DNA of 64,000 nt from Moniliella sp. 'wahieum' (Eukaryota), in contig RSEE01000005.1 in assembly GCA_003971905.1 (NCBI GenBank), forward strand, positions 1,054,001-1,118,000, in the 5' to 3' direction. Under the pieces are notes generated by a model that did not search any database, was not told where the DNA came from, and saw only the letters and a program-made list of their open reading frames with translations. The position numbers were made by a program, and so were the translations under genes. Every line of letters starts with the position of its first letter. Positions within the stretch are counted from its first letter, which is position 1. Below are positions 1-13,649 of the stretch, piece by piece.

Positions 1-682
1 GGGTGGATCCAGCTGCCAGCTTCCAGCTTCCAGGTTGCAGCGCGCTTACCTTTCAAAACGGGGGCATGGGGCACTGTAGGCGTTGGCGTGCGCCCAGGCG
101 GCAGGGCCGATGGGGAACAACGCATGGGGCCGCCCACTGGCCGCACGTGACATGTGACATGGGCAACACCCGGTGGTGCGTGTGGGATCTGCGGTGGGGC
201 AGCCGGCTGCTGGCTGCATCGGGGGCGGCAGGCAGCATGCAGCATTCGCACTGCCCCCATGCCGCATGCGAGCCAGGCAGCCCGGAGGTGCCTTGTGCTG
301 CGTCGGCCCATCGTGCGTCTGGCCCTGGCGTGCTGCACGTTGCACCTACAATGCAGGCCCAGACGCCCCACCATGCACCACGGCCCACTCACCGGTGACG
401 TCACCTGCTGGGCCCCCGGCGCCGCTGGGGCAGGCGGGGTGTAGCAACGCTTCTCAGCGCGCACTTGCGGAGGTTCCGACAGAGACGCCATTGCATGACC
501 ACCCTAGGCGGTGATCGTTCGGTGATCCGGCCAAAGAATGTGCAACGAGAATGCACAATCGCCCACATGCTGCTTGGCTACCCGCCGCTTGCTGACTAGG
601 ACCCGCAGCTCCTGACTGGCACGACAGCTGGCGACCTGTCTTGCTCCCACCACCCCCGCTGTCTCTCTTTGCGCCATTCCCC

Positions 683-1741
683 ATGGGCTGTACCGCTTCA
701 CGCCCACGAGACGGATGCCACCGCACGCAGCGATGCGATCGATGCCCAGCTGAAGGCAGACCGCTTGGCGCCGCCAACGAGGTCAAGCTCCTCCTCCTGG
801 GCGCCGGCGAATCGGGCAAGAGCACCGTGCTGAAACAGATGAAGCTGATCCACCACGGTCCCTACTCGGTCCCCGAACGCGAATCGTACAAGGAGATCAT
901 CTTTCCAACACGGTGCAGAGCATGAAGGTGCTGCTCGAGGCGATGGAAGTGTTGGATTTGCCGCTGGCGGACCCCAAGCTGTGCCGGCGGCCCAGGTGGT
1001 CATTGCCGCCCCAGCCCAGGTCGAAACGACCGTGCTCCCACCCGCGCTGTACCAAGCCATCAATGTGCTCTGGCACGATGCCGGTGTGCTTGCCTGCTTT
1101 GCTCGGGCTCGCGAGTTCCAGCTGAACGACTCGGCGCCGTACTACTTTGATGCGATTGCCCGCATTGGTGCGCCGGACTATGTCCCGACGGACCAGGACG
1201 TGCTGCGGTCCCGGGTCAAGACGACCGGCATTACCGAAACGACGTTTCAGATTGGCAGGTTGACGTACAAACTGTTTGATGTGGGCGGGCAACGCTCCGA
1301 ACGCAAAAGTGGATCCACTGTTTTGAGGCCGTCACCGCCGTCTTGTTTCTGGTAGCCATCTCGGAGTACGATCAGGCGCTGTATGAGGATGCCAATGTCA
1401 ACCGGATGCAGGAGGCGTTGATCTTGTTTGATTCGATTTGCAATTCGCGATGGTTTCTCAATTCATCCATCATCCTGTTTATGAACAAGGTGGATCTCTT
1501 CCAGCAAAAGCTGCCCATCTCGGCCCTGTCCAACTACTTTGCTGACTTTACCGGTGGATCGGACTACAATGCCGCTCTCGAGTTCTTGACCAACAAGTTT
1601 GTCCAACTCAACAAGAATCCAGCCAAGCAGATCTATACTCATTACACGTGTGCGACGGATACCCAGCAAATCAAGTTTGTCATGTCGGCAGTGAATGATA
1701 CGATCATCTCCAACAATTTGAGGGAATGCGGGCTGCTCTGA
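683..1741 (+). CDS. gpa1: Heterotrimeric G protein alpha subunit, group I/Gi-like (split by indels)
   Basis: MGCTAS acylation N-terminus; [50 protein letters not shown]-terminal NLRECGLL. Pieced from four ORF fragments. Confidence 0.93.
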
Positions 1742-2360
1742 GCAGGGAGGGTGCTTCAATTTCCTTTTCATCGTTCGCTTCCTTTTTGGTCCACCGACCA
1801 CTCATATCCGCACGGGGTGCACCTTTACAATCGTGGGCAGATGGCGATCCCCTCCTTTCTCTTGTCCACTCCCCTTTTCCAGCCCGGTCCAGCCCGTCTG
1901 CCTCATTCTCGGTCGGAGCAGCATTCGCTCCCGGGAGCAGAGTTGGTGGTGGTGAAGGTGGGGCGGAGGGGCGGGGGGCATACGCTCTTAGCCGGTGGAT
2001 TGTCTTGCCCAGACCGATCCGTTTGTTTTCTCCTTCCTCGGCTCGTTCATACCCTCACCCCTCGCCCTTTGTCCGGTCTGCCCCGCCGTGTTGCTCGTAT
2101 TGGCCTTGAACCCCTATTTGGAGGGTACAAACGGGAGAAATGGGAGTGACCCAGGCGGGTGCACTGTGGTGCTGCTGCATCAGCGTTTGCCCAAGTACTC
2201 TCTTTTCCCTGAGCGCGATTAGGACATCTACCTCTTCACTACGCCCCCCCCCATCTCCGCGATAACGTGACTAGGCGGATGAACGAGACAAAATGCGAAT
2301 GCTTTGCTTTGGAGGGTGTATATACAATCGAGAAAAGGAGGAGGGGAGGGACAGACCAAC

Positions 2361-3599
2361 TTATAGCTTTTCGCGCTATACCACGTAAGAAGAGAAGGAA
2401 AAGCCAAGTTAGCCACCATCGATCCTGCTCCGTGCAAGCCGAAGCTCCCATCCCGAGCCACGACCACGATCATTCCAGGAGGTGCGAAACGTACTGTGCG
2501 GACAAAGCTGGCCAAATACAAAAACACGCGCCACGCATCCTCTCCGGCTGCCGAGATGCGCGAGGCGGGCAGACGGTAGCCATGCGACCCCGTGTCGCGC
2601 AACTCGAGCGCAAAGGACCACTTGACATGCACCTCGTCGTACGCCCAGTCGATTGAGTTGCCCCAGTTTCCCACCAACAATTCACACACCCGTCCCGAAC
2701 TGTACAAGGCAGGGGAGCCCGGCAGGGTCGGGTTGCCTGGATTGCGCACCTCCTTGACCGCGCCCAGCGCGGCCTCCAACAAATCCTCTTCGTCCGGCAC
2801 GGGTGTGGCACAGGACGAAGCAAAGGGGTACATGAGCTGTTGGCCATACGCATGCAGGTCGAGCAAGACGGATACCTTGGGTCCTGGCAGGGCGTCCGAT
2901 GAGCCATTGATCAGCGCGGCCAATGCACGCGTTTCGGCCGCCTCGTTGGGCGTCGCACCGGCATAGTACTCGTCGCATCCGTCTTGCCACGGCCCGCCTT
3001 GGAATTGGTAATCAAAGTTGAGGTTGATGTCGATGCCCGTGCAGCCCGGGGTGGTGGGCTGGCGGTTGCGCCGCCACATGCGCTTGTGGGACCAACTGTA
3101 TGCGTACCCGTCCGGATTGAGCAACGGGACAAAGATGAGGTCGAACGTCTTGAGCACCCGGCGCACATGCTTCCGTTCCTGAGCAGAGCCCTTGCCGCCT
3201 TCCAACGGTCAGAAGATGGTCCACCATATACAGCGACGCTGCCGGGCCGACCCATTCGCGAGCATGGGTGCCAGCGTTGACCAAGATGCGAGGCTTGGGC
3301 GTCGTCGCAAGCGGAAGCAGGGGGATCTGTCCGGCCTGCGCAGCCGAGGGATGGTGCGAAGGCAAAGACAGGTACAGCGCCTCGATCGGACGCTGTTCGT
3401 ACGTGGTGCCAATGGTATGCACCCGGGCGTGCGACGAGTGGTTGGCAGCGATCGCATGGATAAAAGCAGACACGTCGTCGACGGGGTGGTAGGCGTGGTG
3501 GAACGCCAGCGACGACGGCGGTGCAGCGGGCACAGCGGCCGCGCCCAAGGCAGCGGCAGCGACAAGAAGGACGCGCGCTAGCAGCCTCGTGCCAAGCAT
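2361..3599 (-). CDS. Secreted M14 zinc carboxypeptidase (Ecm14-related)
   Basis: Signal peptide; GTHAREW, NPDGY, WRRNR, DLHAYGQ, ELRD motifs; 3' intron GTACGT..GCTAAC..TAG (~2376-2493) gives a C-terminus ending REKL*. Confidence 0.88.
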
Positions 3600-4460
3600 G
3601 CCAGAGGTGCGTCGCAGCGGGCAGGGCGGTGGGCCAAGGACAACAGCTTGGCCGGGGCCGTCAGAAAAAGCGCACGGCCGCCTCAGCGGTGGCGGGGTGA
3701 TGTAGGGGGACGGCAGAGGGAGGGCGTGCGGATGAGGTAAGCCACAGCTGCCGAATTCAGCCTGAATTCAGCTCGGGGCGTCTGATGGATGCGGTCTACG
3801 AGCTAAGCCCATGTTCAATGTTCAATGTTCAATTTCCATCGTTCAGTGTCCAAGGTGGACTGCCTCCATGGCTTCTGCCCACAGGAGAGACACGAGCGCT
3901 TCGCTTGGCCCATCAGCGCATCAGCGCCTCCTGCCCCACTCGCTCACCGCACCCTTATATGTGCGTCCCATCCTGCGTCCCAACCCACCCCTGCCGCACC
4001 AAGTGCCAACTGCCACCCACCGCGTCGCGGGCTTACCACAACCCCAGCCCGATCCTGCCCCTGCATCCACAGGGTTCTGGGTCGTACGGGGGCATAATGC
4101 CATACGTTGGGAGTCATGGACTGGCCTCGGCCGGCGACGCCCATGACTTAGATGGAACAGCCACGTACGATCCACCACGTGGCCGAGGTGGGAGGAGAGG
4201 GGCAAGGTCGGACGGAACAGGGAAGCTATCGTGGTGTGGGCTGTGGAAATAGGTAACCTCGGGGGGACGAGGGGATCGAGCCAAGGGTGACAAAAGCACG
4301 GTGGATTTCCCATAACGGTTCCCGTAATATCAAGGAGGGGCAAAAAAAGAGCAAGCGGCACAGCTAGTAGACAGAGGCCAAACGAAGGGGAAGGCGACTG
4401 GGTCCCGTTGCTGGGAAGCATGCCGAACGAGTGGAAACAAAGAATAGGGTACAGAACAGC

Positions 4461-7159
4461 TCACTGGGTACCCTTGCCAGCGTCTTCCATGATTGCAGCA
4501 TAGAGGCCATCGGCACTGGCTTCCGAACGGAGCTGGAGGAGGTACACCACACCGGTTCGCATGCCCTCATGGGAACACTCGACCGCCAAGCCCGTCCGAC
4601 CCATCCGATGCGCCCCGCCATCGGGCAAGACCAGGGTCGAAATGAGTGTTTTGGCTTTCCCCTGGGCCACCAGCTGGCGGGCCGGCACCTCGCTGTGCAC
4701 GCCCCGCACGGACCAGGGCATACAACTTGACCTGGGCCTGGCCCAACGGTTTCCATCCCGACCCAGCGCGAAGAAACACTTTGGACCGCATCTGGGCTAC
4801 CAGACGGGCCGACTTGATGCCGCTCATTTGGTCTTGTTCCGGAGGCCGCTCGCCGGGCAAGAGCGCTTCCGACGCGGATGCCATCATCTCAGATCGGCTT
4901 GCCATACCCTGTTGAGCCAACTGGCCCGACTTGAGCAACGCCGACGGCATGGCCACCCCATGCTGGGTGTCAGACGAGGCAGAGCGCAGGGGAGCACGCG
5001 GGGAAATGGGTCTACCGGGGGGAAGTTCCCCCCGCTTGGCCCAAAGGCTGGACTGGTAGGTGCCGAGCGGGCAGCTAGAACACCCGGCGGCATCCCTGAG
5101 TAAGGCGCCAGCCCACCCCAGGTGGAAAAGGAAGCCCCGGCTGTAAGGTTGGGCCTGGAAAGGCTATTGGTTGTCCAGGCCGGGTCGGGCTCACGGGGCT
5201 GATGGGGCTAGGAGAGGCGGACAGTTGGGGACTCGGCAGGCGGGGCGGAGGAGGACCGGGCTGCACCAGTGCAAAGGATTGGGACGAGGTGAAGGACGAC
5301 GCAGTGCTCGCGTTAGTCAAGCGGCGTTCCCCTTCGAACCGCATGTCTGCCGACCCTGGACCTGGGCCTGGACCGGGGCTAGGTGTGGGAGGGATGGGTG
5401 GGGGGTACCCTGCTGGCAGGCAGTCCAAAAGGAAGTGGTTGAGATTGAGGCGCATGATCCGAAGCGATCGATCCCCCGGAGCCATGGGACTCGGCGATGC
5501 CTGTGGGCCCGCATCCCGGCGTTGAGGAGGCACGCCAACTAAAAGGGGAAGGGTGTTAGTCACAAGAACCAATGGTGTGGAACACAGTACATACAGCCTA
5601 ATGCGAAATGTCGGCAATCTTCAATTTGAGCTCGCCAATGGGCAGCATTGTGGGCGGCCTGGGGGTCGCCCTTAGGGCCAAAGGACAGGACAATGTCTCC
5701 TTCCCCAGAACAGTCAGGGCTACCACCTCCTCGCGCTGGCGTGAGGCGGAGGAGGGACGATGGTGAGATGTTTTCCCGTCAAAGGCGGGAAAAGAAGGGA
5801 GCGGATAGCTGGCTTGCCCTGGTGCCGGTTCTGGGCCTGCTCAGAGGGAGACAAGTCGGTCGCAAGCAAGAAGAGATCGGTGAGCAAAATAGCATGGGCG
5901 TTACGCCATTCGGCACCCTGCCCTTGGGCAGCTGGCGAGCCACTCGAGGCAGCAACGAAACCGAGACATTGTTTGCGGCTCGTAGCTGGCGTTCAAACGG
6001 CAAGTCCGGACGTGCAAGGTGCAATGCACACGCTTTCGGCTGTAGCGTAAAAAGGTCCAAGGTGTGGGAAGTATCGAGTTCAGCTTGCAGTCGTGCAGCG
6101 AGGTCAGCAGGTGACTCGTTCCTCGGCGGGCCAGGTGCCGGGTTCAATGACAAAGAGCCAAAGGCAGCTAGTGGCTCCGTTGGGGAGAGGTAGCACGGGG
6201 GCCGTTGCCGGGAAATGCGGGGCCTGAGGGGGGAGGGCCAGGCGCAGGGGAGTGCGCATGATGAGAAGGTGAGGTCGGACCGGCAGGAGCATCAGGGCGA
6301 GGGAATGGATTGGGAAAGTCGGTCTCGTGAGCCGGAGGCGCAGCCGTCAGGGGTGAAGGGGATGCTGTGGGTTTAAGAGGACTCCCACGGGACGTTGGCT
6401 TGAGTGAAGGAGGGGTCATCGAGCTGGCACTGCTATGCGTTGCACTGTCGGGGGGGACATAACAGCTTGCTGCTGGCAGCCGAGATGGCCGAGCGACTGG
6501 ATGCGGTATTGCTTGTTCTCCTGTCCTCGTCACTGGACGGAGGAGGTCGACGACGAGCCTCGTCGGCTAGGTCAATCAAGGCATCGAGCTTCGAGTTGGC
6601 GGAAACGAGCAGGCGATGGTCCGAACGGCCTGGCTGAGTGGAACGGAGGAGACGTGCGTAAAGGCGCTTGTAGTACCCCAGCCGAGACAATGGAAGAGCA
6701 AACGCCGCGTCAAGAGAGTGGGAGGGTAGAAGAGGTGCGGACTCAGCCAGCAGAGAAGTGACGCGCGGGTTGTCGACCACACCGGGAAGAGAGTCGAGGG
6801 GAGAAGCATACACGGCAAGAAATCGGCTGTAGGGTCGGCCCAGATCATCGACCCAACGCATGAGCAAATCACCAAGTGCTTTGGGTGAGGCAGGACGCGG
6901 TCCAATGGCAGCGAGCTCGGTAAGGAAGGCGCGGTGGGCGCGAGTCAGTCCCTCGACGGCACGGAACATAGCATCTAGCACTCGTGGTGGTGGGTGGGAG
7001 CGGGACCCACGGGCAACATTGTGGACGAGTGCGGCGAGAGCAGAAGTGTGGGTATCCTCTGTGGCAAGTCGACGAGGGGGTTGGCCTGGCGGGTCTTGGA
7101 GCCTGCGGAGGCTGGCATGGCGGACGAGCCCGGGGCGAGGAGGCCATGGCGGCTGCCAT
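4461..7159 (-). CDS. Dbl-homology (RhoGEF-like) domain protein with Pro-rich linker and C-terminal PH-like region
   Basis: DH-like helices (LDAMFRAVEGLTRAHRAFL..LGDLLMRWVDDL..ALPLSRLGYYKRLYARLL); intron 5539-5594; fragments joined across indels; ends approximate. Confidence 0.65.
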
Positions 7160-8278
7160 GTGGCGACGGAGAGGTGGCCGAGATGGGGGCGCGAGGGGGC
7201 GGAACAGGGAGAGGGGGGAGAGGGCGTAGAAAGACAGACGAGGGCGGGAAGGGAGTGGCGCACGTGGTAGTGGAGATGGTGGTGCAGTTGGTGGTGATGA
7301 GTGGTGCTGGGATGGGGCGTTTCAGCTGGGACTGGCTTCAAGCGTAGCTGGATGCATCAGACAGCCCGCTGGGGCGTCGACGCAGCTGGCAGCTTGCCAT
7401 TTGAAATTTGCAGCCTGAAGGAAGAGCGGAAGTGATTGGTGGTGATCGATGATCGATGAGATAATAGTCGATCTTCTGGCAAGTTGGACGTTACATGAAT
7501 GTTCAATGGAGGTGGATACTGCCCTTGTGCGGCTAATGCCAACTGAGGCGCTGAGGCACCGGGTACTCGGCCTGAGGCATTTCCTTTGGAGGCGTGAGGC
7601 GGGAGGCCGAGGGGGGAGGCGTGGCGCGTGAGGCCCTGGCGCATGATGCAGGTGGCCGAGCTGTAGGCTGAGGCTCAGCAGCACGGGGCAAGGGTGGGTG
7701 ATGATCGGCAGGCACCGTCCCCACTGGCACATTGGGCGATGGCCGATGGTGCCGCTCCAAGCTCCACAGCGCAGAGGGGGGCGTGTTACGTGCTACATGC
7801 TCTACGCGGCAGGCGGCGGCTCGGCGGGGCAATTAACAAGTGCGCTTTCCGTAGACGCATAGTCGCACACACAGCACGTCTGCGCGCGCCCAGTGAGCCT
7901 CTGCCAAACAGATCCAAACGCCTAATGCACTCCTGTCTGGCAGTGCCATGTGCCACGACAACTTACAACGAGGAGCTCCTAGTTACTAACGCTGGTTCCT
8001 TGTCCACATGCGTCGAACCATCCGCGTCACGCGCGCCTACAATCACCGGCACCCCCTCCTCATGACCGGTAACCGTAACCCTCAGCCCGAGGCCTCATCC
8101 ATCCGCGGGTGCATTGCACTGGTTATACTGATGTACTGGTGCCGCAAGAATATCCTACCGAGATGTGCTATGACAGGCACACGTGGCGTTGGCAAAATAC
8201 ATTTCGCGATCGCTGGATTCCGATCGCCCCCTTCCTCCCATACTCCCCACAGCTGGTACGCTTCCGAGGCGGCACCCA

Positions 8279-9840
8279 TCACGTAGCACACAGCTCCCCA
8301 GCCCCCACACCAGCCTCTACTCGCCGGAAGGTACGGCCGCAGACGCTCGAGACGTTTCCGGCCTCGGCAAACTCATCCTCGCGCTTGCAAAATGAGAGCC
8401 GGATGAACTTGCTCAGATCCACCGGTGGCACCGAGCCCATCGAGCCATCCCCCGGCCGAGTGAACGCCGTGACAGGAATGCCCACCACGCCCGTTGTGGT
8501 GGCCACAAACCAAGCCGGGCCAAACGCAGGCGGGACGTGGGCGGGCGCAGCCCAACCCTCAGGCGGGTGAACCTTGCTCAGGTCGGCCACGACAAGTAAG
8601 CACCAGCTGGACCCAATGCGGGATGCCGAGTCGGCGCAATGCGCCCAATAGCCGCTCCCTCCGGCCTGTGTACTCTTCCAGCTGCTTGGCCAGGAACGCC
8701 TTGCTAGCTTCCCCTCCATCCTTGGTCAGCGCCGCCGCAACAGCCGCCTGGGCTGGCGCATTGACACAAACACAATGCGCGTCTGCGCCAAGTGGTCGCT
8801 CGTACCAGTTCTGCTGCCCCAACCACCCATCCCACCCCGCCATCCCGTCGCGGCGAACGTCTTGCCCGCTGAGCCAACGTCAGCGTGCGCTCCCACATGC
8901 CCTCATCGACGCCAATGGTACTGAGGCTGGCCATCAAACACGAGTGCGTCGTACACCTCGTCAGCCAAAACCACAATGTCGTACTTGATCGCCAGATGGG
9001 CAAGCCGCTGGAGCTCGGCAGTGGTGAACACCTTGCCAATCGGGTTGTGGGGCGAGTTGAACATGAGCATCTTGGCCTTCGGCCGCGCAAACGCAGCCTC
9101 GAGCGCCTCCCAATCCAGCGTCCAGTCGTTGGCGCTCGCAGGTGCTTCGGCGTACCAGACGAGCCGTTTGAAAGGCACAAACACAGGGACCCCATGCGAG
9201 AAGAGCGCTTGGGGTACTATTGGTCAAAGTAGGGCTCTAACAGGACGACCTCATCGTCTGCCCTCCAGGAGCGCCACACACGCGGCATACATGCCCTCGT
9301 TGGCACCGGCCGTGACCAAAATCTCGGTCTCGGGATCGATCGAGCGGCCCGACAGGCGCTTGGCAGGGTCCTTTCCTGCCAAGACAGCTTGTGCAGCCGC
9401 CTGTTTGTCCTCCTCTGCATTCGCAGGAGGAAGGATGGTGGGCGCATACCGCTCGGCAAGCCGCTGCCGTAGATCCACCCGCCCTTTGGGGGGGGGTATT
9501 GATGGGCACCACTGTCCTGCCGAGCCGCCTCGACCAGGGAATCAGCAGCCAACTGGGAGGGACCAAACATAAACCCCTGACCCAAGTTCACTGCGTCGGG
9601 GAAAACGAGCGGGGAGAAGAGCGACCAAACATCCTGGCCCCGCTGCGTCTCGCCCCACACCGCGGGCGACAGACCGGTAGCGAAGCGCGAGGGTTCGCCT
9701 GGCGCCGCCCGCGCAGGAAAGGCAGGCGCCTTGGCGGCCGAGTACACTTCTGGCTTGGAAGCGGGCATGGTGCGGGTACAGAAGCGGCAGATGGAAGTGG
9801 TTTTGATGGGACGAAGAGAAGAGGGAAGAGAACGGAGCAT
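8279..9840 (-). CDS. BNA3: PLP-dependent class I aminotransferase, kynurenine aminotransferase-like
   Basis: DVWSLF, VNLGQGF, VTAGANEG, EPYFDQ, FNSPHNPIGKVF, DEVYD, FIRLSFCK motifs across frameshifted fragments. Confidence 0.88.
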
Positions 9841-10390
9841 GCAGCCCGAGAGGAACAAAGAGGGGGGTCCATAAATATCCAAGCGGAACCCCGCCCGGCG
9901 GCCGCTTATCGATGGGACTAGTGACTGGAAGAATGGTAAGTACACCTCAGCAAAAGGGCAGTGTGCGGACTTGTCCTCCGGCCGTGCACCTGACCATCCC
10001 AGTGCCAGGCCTCCGGCGCTTGCGTGCTTTGCCAGCGCAGTGGATCAACCACCGCCGCGTTGCTGACTAGGCGGCTGAACTCGCCAAACCACCACCAACG
10101 CTCCCGTATCTCTCAACTTTGGTATCGACAGGAGCTTCTTATCATGGCCTCACATGCTTCGCACCCCCACCTCGAACTGCCACCTAGCTCAGCTAACGTT
10201 CCGTCACGCACCATATGGCGCGTTACCTCAACCTAATGCACCCCGAGCCCACACGCTACGATGAGCGTTTATCGATTATCAGGGTCGAAGGAGGCTGGGG
10301 CACAGAATAGATGTGAGTTGTATAGTGAGTACACTTTAGTTTGCGCGTCGTTAGCTTTACCAGGACCAACGACAGACTATGATCATCCCC

Positions 10391-10428
10391 GCGCCGCTTT
10401 AGAGTGGCGCCGCTTTAGAGTGGCGCCG
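10391..10428. repeat. Tandem 16-bp duplication GCGCCGCTTTAGAGTG, about 2.4 copies
   Basis: Read directly from the sequence. Confidence 0.85.
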
Positions 10429-11447
10429 GCGAGACTCTTCCTCCGGCCTCAGGCCTTATCAAGACACGGACGATCTCTGTCGATGACGGCCACCAAATAG
10501 GAAGTGTATCGGGCTCGGACTGGATGCAAGCTCGATTCGATCGCGAAAGGTGTCCAATGAAGCCCGACCCGAGAGGGACGGGCTCTGACAAAGGGTCATC
10601 TCAGGCTGGGAGAGAACGGAGGGAAGTGTGCTGGCATCCGGATCCGCCGTTTGGGTCACATGAGTTGCGTGAGCTGGGATAAATCCCTGACGCTCTTCAT
10701 AGGGCTTTGGGGGAGACTGCTCCGCACATTGAACTGCGCGCCTGTACCTTTTGCTAGGCTTGCTCGGAGAGAGTAGATCAAGTGCAAAGTGGAGAAGAGC
10801 AGCAGTCAGCCCAGATATCTCTTCCCTGCGGGGGTCCTTGGAAGGTAGGTCCGCGCCAGGTGGGCAGAGACGGATGTAGGGGCGCATCGAGCTGCTTTGT
10901 GTAGAATAGGACAAAAGGCCAAATGCACCCAACAAGGCCGATGCCCCATTTCCCTTCCCCGATGGCAGAAGAACGTAACAAAGCGGCAGGATAACCTGCC
11001 AAAGGGAGCGCTCGGCGCACACGAGGCCAGAAGGGGGTGGGCAGCAAGAGCACCTCTGACATCGCGCACAGGCATCCGTTTGCCAAGCGGTTTCCTCAGC
11101 GTGCCAAATACCCTCCCCTCCCCCAGCCGCTCACTCACCTGCGCGTGTAACGAGACAGGCGAGAAGCACTGACGATCAGGCCAACACCAAAAGCTGGGCA
11201 TTGCCGGCGGTGCACTGATCCGCCGACCGTAGTAATGATTCCTGGGCCAATGGCAAGTAGCCTTCCGACTAATAGAACCCAAGCAAGACCGGAGATTAAT
11301 ATATGATAACGGGATGCAAGAGTGCGGAGATTACAAAGTCATAGAAAGGGGTGGAGGTCTGGGCGGATGAGGGTCAGGGTTATACCAACCAGGTAAAAAT
11401 ATAGCCGGCAGGAGCATAATGGGCCATCGGGTTTAGCCAGTGCCACA

Positions 11448-12242
11448 TTAGGTCAAGAAGGACTCGCCACAGCCACACGCCTCCTTGATGTTGGGGTTAT
11501 CAAAGACAAACTTGGCGTTGAGCTTGTCCTCTTTCCAGTCCATGACAGAGCCAATGATGGAAAAGAGCGCCTTGGAATCAATGAGGACCTTGACGTTGTC
11601 CTGTTGAACAACCTCGTCAAACTTTCCCACCTCGTCGGGCGAGACATACTCCAGGTGATACGACAGACCCGCGCATCCTTTATTGCGGACGCCAATGCGA
11701 ATCAACCGCCCTGAGGCGCAGCGACAGTAGGCGCGGCCAGCGCCCGTAGATGCACCACTGCTGTCGGGGTCAAGGTCAAGGCAGCCTTGCGCGCCCGGAA
11801 TTTCCGGCCAGTCGCCGGGGCCGAGGTGGCCGTCCTTGTATCGGATGCAGGGGGAGAGCCAGCCTTGGGGGCGCCAGACTCCTTGGAAGGGGTGGAAGGA
11901 GCGCGCGGGAACAAATGACCAGGGGGTATGGGGGGGTTGTGAGCCGTGGATGGCGCACCAAGCCCGGGGGGCATTTGACCCTGAGTTTCTGAGCGGGAAA
12001 GCATCGAGGCGAGGGGAGGAAGTAAAGTCTTAGGATAAGCTTGGGACATTAAGTTGCGCTCGGAACCGGGATGGGTAGCCCCATTGCCAGGTGGCAATGA
12101 CGACGCTGGCCGCCCAGAGAGCACGGGGGTACCCGTGGACAGACGTCGACATGCAGGGCAGATGGCGTGTTGTGCAAAGTGCCGCGGAGGATGAGAGAAT
12201 AGTGCGCAAAGGTGGCGCTGCGGGTATCAGAGACGGAGGCAT
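11448..12242 (-). CDS. ISA1: Mitochondrial iron-sulfur cluster assembly protein (A-type carrier)
   Basis: RKAALTLTPTAV, GVRNKGCAGLSY, C-terminal CGCGESF; presequence-like N-terminus from ATG 12242. Confidence 0.93.
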
Positions 12243-13649
12243 GAAGAGTAGCCCCAAAGAGGATGGTGGTGGCCACTTCCATCGAGCCAAAAGGGACGCG
12301 TCCTGCAGAGTCTTTAAGATCAAAGCATCCTTAGGGTTGCGCCCAGATCTTTCCAGGACGCATGATACGGATGTTGCATGATGCGTGACAGCAGCCTGAG
12401 CGCAAAGAGGGCGGCAGATGCGGGCTAACCCAGCCAACACTGGCGTTGTGCGGGAAATATTCGCTCTATTTGTCATCGCTTTTAATCCCAAACAGGCTAC
12501 TGTTGCATTCGTGTATCATTACAGAGCTTCCTAGTTACTGTGGAGTGGATGGGGGCCCCAAACGTCCCCACGCAGCTCTCCTTCGCCCCCATCTCCATCT
12601 CTCTGACTTCCCGCATGTTCAGAACGCCTGTCGCAGTTCCAATTTGCCAACACTCTCTCCCACCCGCTGTGAGAAGCCAGCCCGGCCGAATCTGTGGGGC
12701 TAATTATAGCAATGGACCCTCTCCCAAGTATGAGACTGGGACAGGGTGGCATATATACCCTCGCTGTCAATGTGCGAATCGGTGCGTTTCACTTTCCCCT
12801 TCTTCACGGCCTGCCCATCTGCCATTGATGGACTCGCTCCTACTTCCAAGCTAAACTTTTTGATTCGCCCTTAACGGCGACTCAAGAGATGTGGGCGAAA
12901 CATCCGTCCGCGTCTGTGAGAGAGTTCTCAGCCCATATGTGTGGCTCACCCCGGCCTTGCTTTTGTCCTTCATCTCATGCCTTGCCAGTCATTACATACC
13001 CGTTGTGGCGACTCGTGAGTTCACATATTGACACTCTACTGTTCTCAATAAACGCTTTGTTCGTACAGCTTCTGTCGGCAGTTTCATTCACCAACCCTGC
13101 TCCCGGACGACGTCTCACCCTCTCCGCGCCCTCCCCCTCTGCTTTCGTGTCAGAATTCATTCTTCCAGGCGGGCCAACCTCTGGGGGCGCCACCCGCTCT
13201 CGCCTCTTATGGCACCCGCTTCTTCGTCCTTTAAGCCCTAAGGTTGAATACTATGATTGATTCATTAACTATTATACCTGTTGGAACGGTGGACTATGCG
13301 AGCAAAATGGAATGGGGGACCTGGACCCTCTCTCTCTACATGGGACGGTCCGGGACGAAACCCCAGACATACAGTGCGGACCGAACTAAACCAGCATCAC
13401 CTACGGGGCGCAGACCGGGCCGTGGGTCCAGTACTCATTTCGTAAGATGAACGGAACAACAACAAACGTAGTGGAGATATTATGAAGGAACGCGTGATAA
13501 GTTTCCGCCATTACTCCTCCCTACTATAGCTTTTTTGCCTGGGACCCCCTGCAATGATTTCCCTCTGATGGGATCAAGGGGGGGTGCGTATGCATGTCTT
13601 TTTGGTCTACTGATGTAAAAGATGAACTCTTTCTCATCCATCCACGGCA

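Noticed and set aside
10459..11282. Minus-strand ORFs as a gene
   Set aside because: No motif or consistent coding signal that I could support.
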